DNA of 64,000 bases from Octopus sinensis. Its lineage: Eukaryota. The notes under the pieces are model-generated. The model saw only the letters and a list, made by a program, of their open reading frames with translations. It had not been told where the DNA came from and made no database searches. Shown one piece after another: positions 25,340 through 38,069 of the stretch (the stretch's first letter is position 1; each line of letters begins with the position of its first letter). The DNA lies in assembly GCF_006345805.1 (NCBI RefSeq), contig NC_042997.1, positions 153,822,001-153,886,000 of the forward strand, given 5' to 3'. The position numbers were made by a program, and so were the translations under genes.

Positions 25340-25638
25340 CGGCACTCCGTCGGTTACGATGACGAGGGATTTAGTTGATCCAATCAACGGAACAGCCTGC
25401 TCGTGAAATTAACGTGCAAGTGGCTTTGAAATACAGGTACAACAGAAACAGAAAGAAAGAGTGAGAAAAAGTTGTGGTGAAAGAGTACAGCAGGGTTCAC
25501 CTGCCACCCTCGCCCGGAGCCTTGTGGCGCTTTAAGTGTTTTGGCGCAATAAACACTCACAACGCCAGGTCTTGGAATCGAAACCTCGATCTTACAACCG
25601 CGAGTACGCTGCCCTAATCACTGGGCCATTGCGCCCCC
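25340..25638 (-). mobile_element. tRNA-derived SINE (family D)
   Basis: Head GGCGCAATGGCCCAGTGATTAGG...GTTTCGATTCC; tail ...CGTCATCGTAACCGACGGAGTGCC also present at about 50890-51070 (+). Confidence 0.75.
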
Positions 25639-26490
25639 CATATTCTCTCTCTCTCTCTCACATACACACACATACACACACATATACGCATAAATATAAA
25701 CGCACTTTCCATTTCCCCATATTTTCAATCTACCAAATTATTCCACGTACAAGTTATTGGACATCCACAGGCACAATAAGAGCTTACTTGCCAAAGCGGC
25801 CGTGCAGTAGGACAGAACACATAACCATGTTATCGCCAAGCAACTTTTCGTAACTACTCCTTAATGCTTCTTTTTATATAAGAAACTTTATTTAAGAAGT
25901 AAATATATCCTACATCTCCCCTTTCTTATTTTCCGCCTTATCTACAATAGATAATAATTAAATTGCGGTCATGCATAGCACAATGCTATAACGGTGTTCT
26001 AGAATGTTACAAATTTAAGGATGAACAGTTATATATATATATATATCACTCTTTGTAATAATACACTAGGTAAAGGAATGTAACATAATGTAGGTGATTT
26101 CTTGGTGAAAAACCGACAATTGTATATTGACTCAATAGAACCGAAGCGATTGTTCACGAGATCATGGGAAAGCACATCTCAACGAACTGGTAACATTATA
26201 TGAACGTGGAACAAAACGCCTCGCAGCATTTCTTCCGGAGTTTTGCACTCTGAGTTCAATTCCTGTCGAAGTGAACTTTGTTTTTCACCTTTTTCTTTCT
26301 GACGGGTGGTTGCTGATGAAAGAAAGTATCGGTCCAGGCAAGTGGATTGCGGTAGCATAGCTTAAGGGGAAACACGAAAGGACGGGGGGTGGGCAAGTGT
26401 GTGTACGTGTGTGTGTGTGTATGTGCATGGGGGGGGGTCCGCTCCAGATGAGCGACGTTTATATGAGCCGACACTTTTGGGTCGAGTGTA

Positions 26491-27734
26491 CAGGAGTTGG
26501 ACAAAAAATGGAAACGCCTTAAAATTTCAAGCAAATTTCTTTTAATATAAGGTAGCGCCGCCTTTGGCAGTAATTACAGCTTCAATTTACGGGGTATGGA
26601 CTCGTACAAAGTTTGAATTGTCCGTTCTTCATCTAAAACAGTCTCCATTTCTTGTAGTGATGATTGTGGAGGATATCGACACCTTACTGGTTTTTCTAAA
26701 ATGCACCATAAATGATCAATAATATTGAGATCTGGGGACTGTGGTGGCCAGATAAGATGTTCAACTTCACTAGAATGTTCCTCGTGCCATTCAGTAACAA
26801 CTTTAGCTGTGTGAAGTGGTGCATTATCATCCTGAAAGACTGCGTTTTCCTCTGGAAACAGTTCCGCAACCATAGGATGAGTTTGATCAGATTAAATGTT
26901 TAAATAGTCTTGACTATAAATTCTGCCATGAAGGGAAACCATTGGTCCGGCGAATTTCCAAGATATAGTCCCCCCCCCACCCCGATCATCACAGATCCTC
27001 CTTCATGTTTAGCAGTTGGAAGAAGGCAGTCTGAGTCAAATGCTTTTTTTGGCTGTCTCCACACGTATACTCGGCCGGTGGCCGGAAATAAGGTAAAGGT
27101 TGGCTCGTCCGAGAAAATAACATTCTTCCACTGCTCTAGGTACCAATTCTCTAAGTTTTTACTCCTCCCTAAATGCTTTGCAGCGTTTGTTTTGAAAGTA
27201 GTGGCTTTCTAATTGCAGCACTCCCGTGAAATCCGACTTTGTGCAGCTCCCGGCGAACAGTTTTTTGTGGAAACAGGGTTCTCAAGGTGGTCATTAAGCT
27301 CTGCAGTAATTATGGGAGCTATACTTTTGTGATCCTTTCTAACAATTTGCGTAAGAGTTCGACAGTCCCTATCTGAAAGTTTTGGTTTTCTTCCGGAATT
27401 TTGTTTCGACGAGGAGGTCTTTCCCTCTTTCTCAAAGGATGTCATTACTTTCGAGACAGTATTTCTTGATACACCAAACATTTCGGCTGTTTTCGTTACG
27501 CTAGCGCCTGCCATACGAACATTAACAGTTTGACCTCATTGAAAGTCCAATAAATCTGTCATTTTAATGAATTTTTTTTGTGATGATATCTGAAAAGAAA
27601 CAGCAATTTTAGCAAAACATATTAAGCAACACTAATAATAAATCAAAATACATAAAAACAAACATCTTTTGACGGTTTTATAGATATTTCAAAATTATGA
27701 TGCTAGGTGTTTTCATAATTTTGTCCAATCCCTG
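26491..27734 (-). mobile_element. full-length decayed Tc1 element of DD36E (Incomer-like) type
   Basis: TA|CAGGAGTTGGACAAAA ... TTTTGTCCAATCCCTG|TA; HTH MAGASVTKTAEMFGVSRNTVS; VIFSDE; FQDDNAPLHT...WPPQSPDLNIIDHLW with 36 residues between D and the final D (ancestral E). Frameshifted. Confidence 0.92.
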
Positions 27735-28030
27735 TATGTGTGTGTGTGACGGGATGGGGAGAGCAAAAGCGCGGGCTACGTCTTTACATTCTGAGTTCTT
27801 GAGTAGTAGATTGGATCTGCCATCTGCTTTAATATTGCTACTTCGTTCCTGGCTATCTTTATCTGAGTTCATTCTGTTGCAAGCATTTGAACCAGGTCTT
27901 CGATTTGAGGATAGCTTCCTACCTTCCTCATGAATAGCAGGACAGCTCTCGAGTTTGTTGCCCCCTCCGGCTCTGTTCCTTATACAGGCTTATACAGCAA
28001 GTCTTAAGTAGCGGCTTCATAAAAGCGCTG

Positions 28031-28243
28031 TTGTAGTTGTTGTTGTTGTTGTTAAGCAACAAGACGGGTAAGGGTGATTAGGTGATGGTCTAGGGCTTAG
28101 GGGCGGGAGACCCCAGACTTTGGAAAAAAAACTATAGTCATCTTGTTGTAGTCGAGGGCTCTTCGTTGACGCCCGACACCACTGGGAGGTGGCCCTCGAA
28201 GTCACTGAAAATGGAGATATCCAGGTTCAAATTCTTGAACTGC
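28031..28243 (-). mobile_element. short (AAC)n-tailed retroposon (family E)
   Basis: 14-bp TSD TCATAAAAGCGCTG at 28017-28030 and 28244-28257; second copy at 55459-55660. Confidence 0.85.
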
Positions 28244-28595
28244 TCATAAAAGCGCTGCTCCGGGCGGCCCGACTCCATGTCTTCCCATTCTTCAACAAGC
28301 TATGCGACTATTCCTCGTGCCGGTATCAGAGGCCCTGAAAAAATACAAAGTCATGGGTGCGTCTCTTCTCTGTGACTAAATGGTATAAAAGTAAAATATA
28401 AGCGTTGAGTCACTTCCAGAAATTTGTGTTTGATCGAGTGTTTGCTGTTTTTTTATTTATGTTTAGTTACTGGTGGAATGCAGAGTCCATAGTTCCAGAG
28501 GATATTATTTATTTATTTATTCATTTATTTTGTTAACAAGATTTTGGAAAGAAAGGTTTAGTTTGAATTATAGCTTCAATATTTGATCGTTGAAG

Positions 28596-28741
28596 CTGTG
28601 GTGTAGCTAGTGTTTGCCGCCTGGGACAGCCTTTGATTTTGTCACCACCATTGGGTCCCGAGCTTCTAGAGGCTTATTCAGCAGACCTAAAATTGCCTCA
28701 CCCTTAAAAGTGTCGCCTTTCGCCCCTTAGCTATGTTACTG
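28596..28741. mobile_element. hAT-like MITE
   Basis: Degenerate TIRs CTGTGGTGTAGCTAG / TTAGCTATGTTACTG; flanking 8-mers CGTTGAAG and AGGTGAAG (6/8 identical). Confidence 0.5.
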
Positions 28742-29220
28742 AGGTGAAGAAAGAGTTCCAAAAGAATACACTACCATGACATTTTCTGAAAGGTGCTATT
28801 GATATTAATTAAAGGTTTAGGTATATCATGTCAATTCACATTAAATATCGCTTGATTGAGATGTAACTCAACAGGTGAAATGAGATAATTACTTCTTTGG
28901 AATATAAATTTAGGATTTGGAAAAAGGCAGTGGCTTCGATTAGAAAAAAAAGCATTTTTTATCCAAGTGTTTATATATAATTTTCAAAAAGCTTATTGAC
29001 TTTCATTAATCAGTTTTAAATAGCAAGGAGACTTGCAATAATCATTGGCTGATTCATAACAACTCATATATCAAAAGCTTCAATCGATAAAACCAATAAA
29101 AGCATTCCATTTCTCTAGGATGGTCCAAACACTAGGATGGTCTAAAGTTCAGAATGATTAAAACGAAGATGATCTCTGCCTTCAACATTTTTGATTGTCA
29201 ATATTATTCATCATCATGAA

Positions 29221-29402
29221 GGCTACGAGCTGGCTGAATCGTTAGCACGCCGGACAAAACGCTTAGCGGCATTTCATCCGTACTTACGCTCTGAGTTTAA
29301 ATTCCGCCAAGGTCTTTGCCTTTCATCCTTTCGCAGAGATGCACTGGGATCGATTTACCTCGAAATTACTGGCCTTTTTGCCAAAATTTGAAACCAATAT
29401 TA
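29221..29402 (+). mobile_element. diverged SINE family B copy
   Basis: GGCTACGAGCTGGCTGAATCGTTAGCAC head, B-box-like GAGTTTAAATTCC, ATT tail. Confidence 0.7.
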
Positions 29403-29940
29403 TTCATAATCAAACTGGTTGATATAACCATAGATACTTTATAAAAAATACTTTTGCCTTCAGACTGAACGGCCAATATAATTTTACAGCGACGTGACCT
29501 TTTGCCTATCTAAAGTAGTTTCATAAGTTTGTCTTAAACATCCATACCTGTTTCCAGACTTTTAGTTAGGTTACCCCTTGTTTCATGCATTCTGAGTAAT
29601 TCAAAACTTTCCTTTCAGAAGTCCCACTTTATTCTGATAAATGAAAAACATTGGGAATGTTTATCATAACAGATGCATTGACGTCAGGAAAATATGATGT
29701 GTTTATCACATGTGCTGTTCCAGAATTTATTTCTGTATAGCGAGCCGATCCCATTTGCATCATTCTCTATGATGGCCTTGTACTCAGCCCTGATACCTTT
29801 GTACATTTTAATCCTGTGCCTTTGGATGTAACCAGAGGACCGCATGCGGTGGATGAAGTGTTATACTGTCTTTCCAATTCCGTTGGATCATAGACGCAGG
29901 ACATATTCTTCATATATATATATATATATATATAAATCCC

Positions 29941-30620
29941 CAAAATGGAACAAGAACGCAACATATGACAATAAAACATCCGGGCAAATAGACGATACGA
30001 AGACAGACAGGACAAAACAAGGACGGGCCATTCGTGGCCTTCTCTCCTCAGTCAAGTTTCCAGATTATCCTTTCAGTTTCGGCCGGTTACACTTGAGAAT
30101 GTTCAAATATGCCTGGCCCCAAAAATCGAAGCTAAGATTATTAAATTTTGGAGAAAGTTAACGAATGTGTACGACAACAAAGAGAAAAAACAAAAACAAA
30201 AAACCTGAAAAACGGAGAAAATGTTACTCAATTACAAATACAAACAACAAGAAAATAACAACAGGTGTCTTTCGACTAATACAGACAAATCAAGTTGAGC
30301 TAGCGAGTGTGGAGTGAAAGCCTTGAGGCAAGAACATTGGTGGACGTAAGAGAAGAAAATCAGGAGACAAGAATAAGAGATGCTTCGTGTCTGGCAGTCG
30401 AGCCAAGAAAGAAAGATCATGCTTGGCCGAACACCAGTCACGTGGAAGGAAAGGAGAGCGTGGAAGGAAAGGAGAGCGTGGAAGGAAAGGAGAACAGGAG
30501 AAAGAAAAAGAAAAAATCAAAGGGACATAGATAAGGTACAAGTGATATAAACGATGAAAAAATAGGTAGATTAAAGAAAGGCCAAGAAATGTGAGGGAGG
30601 GGAGCGAGAAAAAGAAAAGA
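29941..30620. mobile_element. family P1 repeat (probably Penelope-derived)
   Basis: Homologous to 21880-22010 and 37140-37850; abuts (TA)n; contains an 18-bp unit GTGGAAGGAAAGGAGAGC about three times near 30441-30492. Confidence 0.5.
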
Positions 30621-30699
30621 GGAAAGAAAGTATGAGGGATACTAAAAGAGGGAGTAAAAAAAGTCGCACAGAATTTAATGCTTGTTTTTATATGAAATT

Positions 30700-31930
30700 A
30701 TTTACAAAGAGTGTTGCTCAAGGAGCTGCCTTCCAAGTCTTATGACGTTATCAGCCTCACGTATACAAACATAGTCAAGGAATGCACTTCGACACTTGGT
30801 GGTTATAATATGTTGCCAAAGGGATATGATGCAACATTCAAAGGCATTTTGGATCAATGTTAAGCCTCTGCCGTCTTGTTTTCGTTTTAGGTAGAGGCGG
30901 TCTACATCACTGTTTATGCGAAAATTATGTGTTTTTGTTAGTATTTTTCGGGTTTTCACATCAGTAGCTCGGATCTTATCAAGCGTCCAATCAAGCAACC
31001 GAAATGTTTGTACGAGTACTGGCACTGCAAACACATTGTGGGCCACTGTTTTATTGAATGCAGAAAGTTCTGAGGTCCGTATGTATGTATGTATGTATGT
31101 ATGTATGTATGTATGTATGTATGTATGTATGTATGTATGTATGTATGTATGTATGTATGTATGAATGTATGTATGTATGTATGTATGTATGTATGTATGT
31201 ATGTATGTATGTATGTATGTATGAATGTATGTATGAACGTATGTATGCATGCATGCATGTATGTATGTATGTATGTATGTATGTATGAATGAATGTATGT
31301 ATGTATGTATGAATGTATGTATGTATGTATGAATGTATGTATGTATGTATGTATGTATGTATGAATGTATGTATGTATGTATGTATGTATGTATGTATGT
31401 ATGTATGTATGTATGTATGAATGTATGTATGAACGTATGTATGCATGCATGCATGCATGTATGTATGTATGTATGTATGTATGTATGTATGAATGAATGT
31501 ATGTATGTATGTATGAATGTATGTATGTATGTATGAATGTATGTATGTATGTATGTATGTATGTATGAATGTATGTATGAATGTATGTATGTATGTATGT
31601 ATGAATGTATGTATGAATGTATGTATGCATGTATGAATGTATGTATGTATGTATGTATGTATGTATGTACGTACGTATGTATGTATGTGTGTGTGTGTGT
31701 TTTATGTATGTATGTATGTATGTATGTATGTATGTGTGTGTATGTATGTATGTATGCATGCATGTATGTATGTATGTATGTATGTATGTATGTATGTATG
31801 TATGTATGTATGTATGTACATTATGATCATCTTCATTTCGGTGACATTCACGCATTTGAGTATATTTGTGACATTTGTCTTTCCTGAGTGTATTATTTTC
31901 TTGATATCGAAACCGAAACCTCATGTTTTA
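30700..31930 (-). pseudogene. R4/Dong LINE fragment split by a 740-bp (CATA)n array
   Basis: RTSELSAFNKTVAHNVFAVPVL..FRLLDWT..DVKTRKILTKTHNFRINSDVDRLYLKRKQDGRGL (post-RT domain) at 30700-31078; weaker match upstream of the array. Confidence 0.85.
31079..31818. repeat. (TATG)n microsatellite with variant units
   Basis: Directly visible; GAAT, GAAC and GCAT variant units. Confidence 0.98.
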
Positions 31931-32587
31931 TGTACTATTTATAACGGTTAATACGGCTTGTCGCAGCTGCAGTGATTTTTAGACCGACCTGTCTTTCATC
32001 GTGTAATGTATTTATAGTTCTACACTTTGGATGTTTATTAGGACATTTAATCCCAATTGCATGATTAATTACAAACATAAACAATTAAAACCGAAAGTTG
32101 TTATGTAATACAAATTTAGGTAATGAGCTTGTTCTTGTTTCGTGACCTGGAGTAATGCGCACATGCTTTGCATATGATTTATTTCTAAAACCATTAATGT
32201 ATAACAGTTTAGTCACATTCTATTCTCGTTATAAACATCGCTCGAACAACTAAATCTCCTTCTAATCACACCCTATAACTTTAGAATAATATAGAAATGA
32301 TGTGGATGTAGGAATATATGGCATGATCGTACTTGACATAGAAAAGTAAACAGCATTAACTTATCTGCACCAGATATTATGCTGTAGATTAAACTCTTCT
32401 TTTTTTTTTTTTCGATAAATAAATTTGTAAGCGTTTAAGAATTGGCTCAAGAATCAAAGTAGATTTTACTAGATCTCTGAAATTTCTCATTTATTATCGA
32501 ATAATAAGCAATCATAATGCAGCCTAAGTGAAATATTCTTCATCCGTATACTTTTAATCAAGTAATATGATACATTAAAAAATGAAT

Positions 32588-32837
32588 ATATGCGCCCTTT
32601 TTAAAGCCTAGCCAGGCTCAATAGCCCGGTTTCCCGGTTTCTATGGCGTATGTGTTCCCCAGCAGGACGGGACGCCAGTCCATCGCAGCGTTACTCATTT
32701 TTGCCAGCTGAGTGGACTGGAGCAATGTGAAATGAAGTGTTTTGCTCAAGAACACAACATGTCGCCCGGTCCAGGAATCGAAACCACAATCTTACGGTCA
32801 TGATGCTGACACCCTAACCACTAAACCACGCACCTCC
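32588..32837 (-). mobile_element. tRNA-derived SINE with V-like domain (family F)
   Basis: GGAGGTGCGTGGTTTAGTGGTTAGG...GTTTCGATTCC; GATGGACTGGCGTCCCGTCC resembles the V-SINE domain; related copy at about 57235-57470 (+). Confidence 0.8.
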
Positions 32838-33329
32838 ACAATATGATGCATTACAATCTGTCATATTGTTTATAATGTATGGTGTTATTTGATTTAAAAG
32901 TATCGGGATATAGATACATCTATTGTTCGATAAAGAAATATCCGGATGATTTTATAATAAGAAACGACAGAATTTGAAAACACAATGAGCTTGTAAAAGG
33001 TTATAAAGCAAATATAGAGTCATTAACATTTATCCTGTGTGCACAGTATACACAAAATTGCAGAGTGGTTCAACACATTATATTGACTTCAGTTTTAATA
33101 ATCAATTACCCTTTACGACTCTTAAAATTTTTTTTTAATAAATGACGGAAAACTAAAATAACTCCTATCCCACCCCACCCCGCTTTTCAAGCTATATCTT
33201 TTATCAACGAACAACAATGCAGTTTATCAATTTGTTAAAGTTAGTCAACAGTTCAAATATAAGGAAGGGTTTAATTAGAGAACAGTTTAGGAGTGTTGAC
33301 GGATGTTACTGATAAGCTATACAATTGGG

Positions 33330-34870
33330 GCTACGAACAAAGAATTTCCTGTAAGACCTCTGTGAGCTGCTGCGTCTGTAGCTCCTTTAGCTCCTCCGTT
33401 GTCAGTTGCTTGGAGTGCTCCTCGATGAGCTCATTAATGTCACCTTCATCCATGTCCAGGCCCAAGGACTTACCGAGGGATACAATCTCCTCCACCACTG
33501 CCACTTCGGGTTCGAGTCTTTCAAAGTCCATTTCAGACACAACCTCAGGCCACAGCGTCTTCCACGCAGAGGTCAAGGTCCTCTTTGTAACACACCGCCA
33601 GGCCATATTGATAATTCTGAGGCGTATCACAATGTTATAGTGGTCCTTCTAGAACTCTCAAAGGTTGAGATTTGTGCTTTCTGTCATCTCAAAGCAGCGG
33701 CAGAACAGGTGCTTGCTTCTTCAAATTAGAAATTACCTGCTATCCATGGGCTGCAGGAAAGTGGTGGTGTTGAGTAGAAGGTAGAGAACCTTTATAAACT
33801 TGAACTCTTCGAGGATGTCATCTTCGAAGTTAGGTGGGTGAGCAAGTGCATTGTCCAGGGCTTGCAGGAGTAGGTTTTTTCCTGAAGATATTTCTTAACA
33901 TCAAGACCAAAGACCAAATTCATCCACTCACAAAGAATTGCCTGGTGACCCAAACCCTCGGGTTTACCCTCCACATAATCAGCAGTTTTTCTTTCAGAAT
34001 CTTATGTGACTTAAAAGCTCTGGGGTTTTCCGAATAATAAACGAGCAGCGGCTTAACCTTGCAATCGCCGCTCGCATTAGCGCACAGTGCAAGGGTTAGC
34101 ATATCCTTCATGGGTTTGTGGCCTAGCATCCTCTTCTTCCCTGCCGTTATATAATTCTTCCTTGGCATCTTCTTTCAAGAACTGCCCGGTGACCCACACC
34201 CTCGTGTTTGCACTCCACATAACCTGCAGTTTTTCTTTCAGAATCTTATGTGACTTAAAGGCTCTGGGGTTTTCTGAACGACAAAAGAGCAGCGGCTTAA
34301 TCTTGCAGTCGCCGCACGCATTGGTGCACAGAGCGAGGGTTAGCCTGTCCTTCATGGGTATGTGGCCTGGCATCCTCTTCTCCTCTGCCGTTATATAATT
34401 CTTCCTTGGCATCTTCTTCCAAAAGCATCATGTCTCGTCACAGCTGAAGACTTGCTGGAGAATGTATTCTTCGGCTGCTATAATTCCGGCAAAAGTTTTG
34501 AGATAATTCTCAGCTGCCTTCATACCCGCGCTCGCTACCTCACCATACCTAACAAGGGAGTGAATGCCGGTCCCCTTTTTAAATTTCTCGAACCAGCCCC
34601 GACTGGCTTTAAACGACTCGCCCGATGCCTCATCCGTACAAGTGCCTGGGGTCTGCTGCAGCAAATCAGCTTAAATAGCTCGTGCCTTCACGCAGATTAT
34701 AGCCTCTGTCACGGTATCCCCTGCGAGCTGCTTCTCCGTCAACTACACTATCAGCAGCTTCTGCATATTTTCATGGATAGATGTTCGCTGTTTAGAAATT
34801 ATTTTTACGCCCTTGGTTGGCGTTATAACCTTTATAGACTCTTTCTGCTTCAGTATGATGCAGAGAGGCA
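33330..34870 (-). pseudogene. Tigger/pogo (DD36D) transposase remnant with internal 244-bp duplication
   Basis: ILKQKESIK..KGVKIISKQRT; FKASRGWFEKFK (CENP-B HTH); VFSCDET; LDNALAH...FLQPMD with 36 residues between the aspartates; AWRCVTKRTLTSAWKTLWP. Confidence 0.93.
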
Positions 34871-34872
34871 GG

Positions 34873-34928
<56 letters not shown>

Positions 34929-35974
34929 CAAAAAACGGAGAGTAACCAAAGGGAGAGTTTTGCCTCATGGATGGGCCTGTGCTGTGAGGATTGAAAAATT
35001 GCAGACAAATGGCTTCGTTCAATAAAATTAAGATGATTTCCAACTTTTTAAACATGCCCAACAACATGGTTCAGAAATCAGAATTATAAAGAAGCAAATT
35101 CTAGTTTGTCCTCTCGTGAAATAATATAGGCTAGAGGGTTTAGAGGGTGGCAAACTCAACAGCAGTCCCGAGCAGTACACATATCTACACCACTAATTAT
35201 TGGTCTGCTCAATAGGGGTTGTTTGGGTCTAAACAACAATCCCAATGTTATAGATAAGGGGTTGGAGACGAGAGGATGGTTCGGTCCTGGTGATGTTTTT
35301 ATGGATGCGGCATTTCGGGGGTCTGCCGTATAGTCTGTATTGCCTGGGTTGGGGTGCAAGCTCAAGGGCTTCCCCGAGCAGCACACACTTTAACTATGCC
35401 ACTGCGAAGAGACGAGGGTCGCCAACAAATTTTACAAACATTTTTGAAGGGTGAGGAGGAGGAGCGGGTTGGTATTTGTTCCGTTGGTCAAGCGTAAACT
35501 ATTCCTGAAAAAACATTCACTGGCTGTAGCATAGCTGGGAGCGTACGCGAGGGGACGGCCAGCTCCGGGCGACACCATTTTTTCTGGTGAAGGCCATGTT
35601 AGGATCTGCTGCACAAGCCTATATAGGCTAGGGAGCTTAGAGACTGGAAAACTCAAGGGCTGTCCTGAGCGGCACACATATCTACATCACAAATTATTGG
35701 TCTGCTCCAATGTTATAAATAGACCAATATAACTGAAATTTTCTATTATACATGACTGAAGGTGCCTCTTAAATTAGTATTTAGTATTTATTAACTAGTC
35801 ATGGGGAACAGTGACAACTAACACTTATTTCTACCTTGGGAAATGTTCAATCCGTAAAATACAGTAGCTGTGTTTTCACAGCCATTACAATAATGGCCTC
35901 TGTTCTGCAAAATTTGCTGTCTCATGGGATATAAAAATATCCCTATGGATCTAGGACAGGAAAATGAGAGGAAA

Positions 35975-36310
35975 TTACTCTTCATTTGTATAAGTTATTG
36001 TTTCATTGTTGAAAGATGATACAACTGGAACAATGACAGGATTCGTCATATAATGCTTAACGGTATTTCGTCTGCCGTTACGTTCTGAGTTCAAATTCCG
36101 CCGAGGTCGACTTTGCTTTTCATCCTTTCGGGGCCGATTAAATAAGTACCAGTTACGCACTGGGGTCGATATAATCGACTTAATCCGTTTGTCTGTCTTT
36201 GTTTGTCCTCTCTGTGTTTAGCCCCTTGTGGATAGTAAAGAAATAGGTATTTCGTCTGCCGTTACGTTCTGAGCTCAAATTCCGCCGAGGTCGACTTTCA
36301 TCCTTTCGGG
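35975..36310 (+). mobile_element. SINE family B dimer (second unit partial)
   Basis: Junction GTAAAGAAATA|GGTATTTCG at 36245/46. Confidence 0.82.
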
Positions 36311-36524
36311 GTGAAATTCGGGACGGGCACAGAAGTGGGACTGGTACACACACAAAGTGATCGTATGTGTGTGTGTGTGTGTGTGTGCGCGCGCGCGCTT
36401 GTACTTGCGAGTATATGTGTGTGCTGAAAGAGAGGTATGTAGATATCATTCAGTCTATATGTATATGTATATGCGCGCATACACACACACACATATAAAT
36501 ACATATATATGTATATATTTTCTA

Positions 36525-36780
36525 TTATTCTTTTATTCTTTTATTTGTTTCAGTCATTTGACTGCGGCCATGCTGGAGCACCGCCTTTAGTCGAGCAAAT
36601 CGACCCCAAGACTTATTCTTTGTAAGCCTAGTACTTATTCTATTGGCCACGGGCTTCTTTCAATTTCCGGCTTTGGTCGGCCCGAGGCAATAGTAGAAGA
36701 CACTTGCCTAAGGTGCCACGCTGTGGGACTGAACCCGGAACTATGTGGTTGCTAAGCAAGCCACTTACCACACAGCCACA
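36525..36780 (-). mobile_element. SINE family A copy, internally deleted
   Basis: Tail joined directly to the CORE region; microsatellite middle absent. Confidence 0.85.
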
Positions 36781-37139
36781 TACACATACACACACACACA
36801 CATTCCAATGTATATAAGACAAACCAAGATAGGAATGTTTGTTCATAGCTTATTTAATTACGTCATCTTACACGTACTTCATTGATAAAGGTAAAGAAAC
36901 AGTTATATAAGGAAAACCTTATAAAGAGATTATAAGTTTTCAGAGGTTCCGTAACACTTTTTACTAACATTTGCGTTTTATACATACACAAATACATACA
37001 TACGTACATACATACATACGTACGTACGTACGTGCGTGCATGCGCGTGTGTATACTTGCGAGTATATGCGTTTGTTGAAAGAGAGGTACGTAAATATCAT
37101 TCGATATATATGTATATATGTATGCATATGTGTATATGA

Positions 37140-37471
37140 GTGCATGTAAATTTCAACTATATATATATGTATATATATATTTCTTACTCACTTTTTTACT
37201 TCACTATGTCCCTGTCTCTCTTTTTTTCTCGCCGCTCCTTGATTCTTCTGTCTATCTGCTTCTACAACTCTCTCTCGCTCTCTCTCTCTTCTCCTCCCCC
37301 TCCTTAATTCTTTTATTTTTTTTTCTCTCTCTTCTTTTCTCAAGTGACCGATAGGCCAGACTGCTAGCACATTGATATTCTTCCCTCTGCCGTAAGGCTT
37401 CATTTTCAGACACGGCAGCTGAATTCAATTCGTCCCCAGTCGAAAGACGCCTGTTGTTGTTATTGTTATTA

Positions 37472-37506
<35 letters not shown>

Positions 37507-37512
37507 GTTATT

Positions 37513-37543
<31 letters not shown>

Positions 37544-37850
37544 CATTTTTATATTTATATTCGTGTAACATCGTCTGTTTTTCCGTCTTTGTTTTCGTAT
37601 ACATTCGATGCTTTTTTTTCCAAAGAATCTAATGCTCTTAGCTTAGTTTTTCCTTGGAACTGGCCAGATTAGAGCAGTCTCGAGATTAATCAGCTGAAAT
37701 TGCGAGGATGATCCGGTTCTTGACTGAGGATAAAAGGCTTCGAATGACTCGTCCTTGTTTTTTTTTTTTGTATCGTCTATCTGGATGTTTTGTTGTCCCT
37801 TTTTGTATCATCTAGTTGTCCGGATGTTTAGCGTTCTTGTCCCATTTTGT
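37140..37850. mobile_element. family P1 repeat (probably Penelope-derived)
   Basis: CT-rich segment, GTCGAAAGACGCCTGTTG, CTTGACTGAGGA...CGAATGACTCGTCCTTG, end GCGTTCTTGTCCCA near (TA)n. Confidence 0.5.
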
Positions 37851-37931
<81 letters not shown>

Positions 37932-38009
37932 GTATACATATATATATATCAAGAGAGAGACAGCGAGAGAGATACATACATATATATGCATTCCTACACA
38001 CACACACAC

Positions 38010-38060
<51 letters not shown>

Positions 38061-38069
38061 TATATGTAT

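Noticed and set aside
28140-28215. HDV-like fold in family E
   Set aside because: CGAA and nested stems are present, but P1 is at most 3-4 bp and extra bases separate J4/2 from P2.
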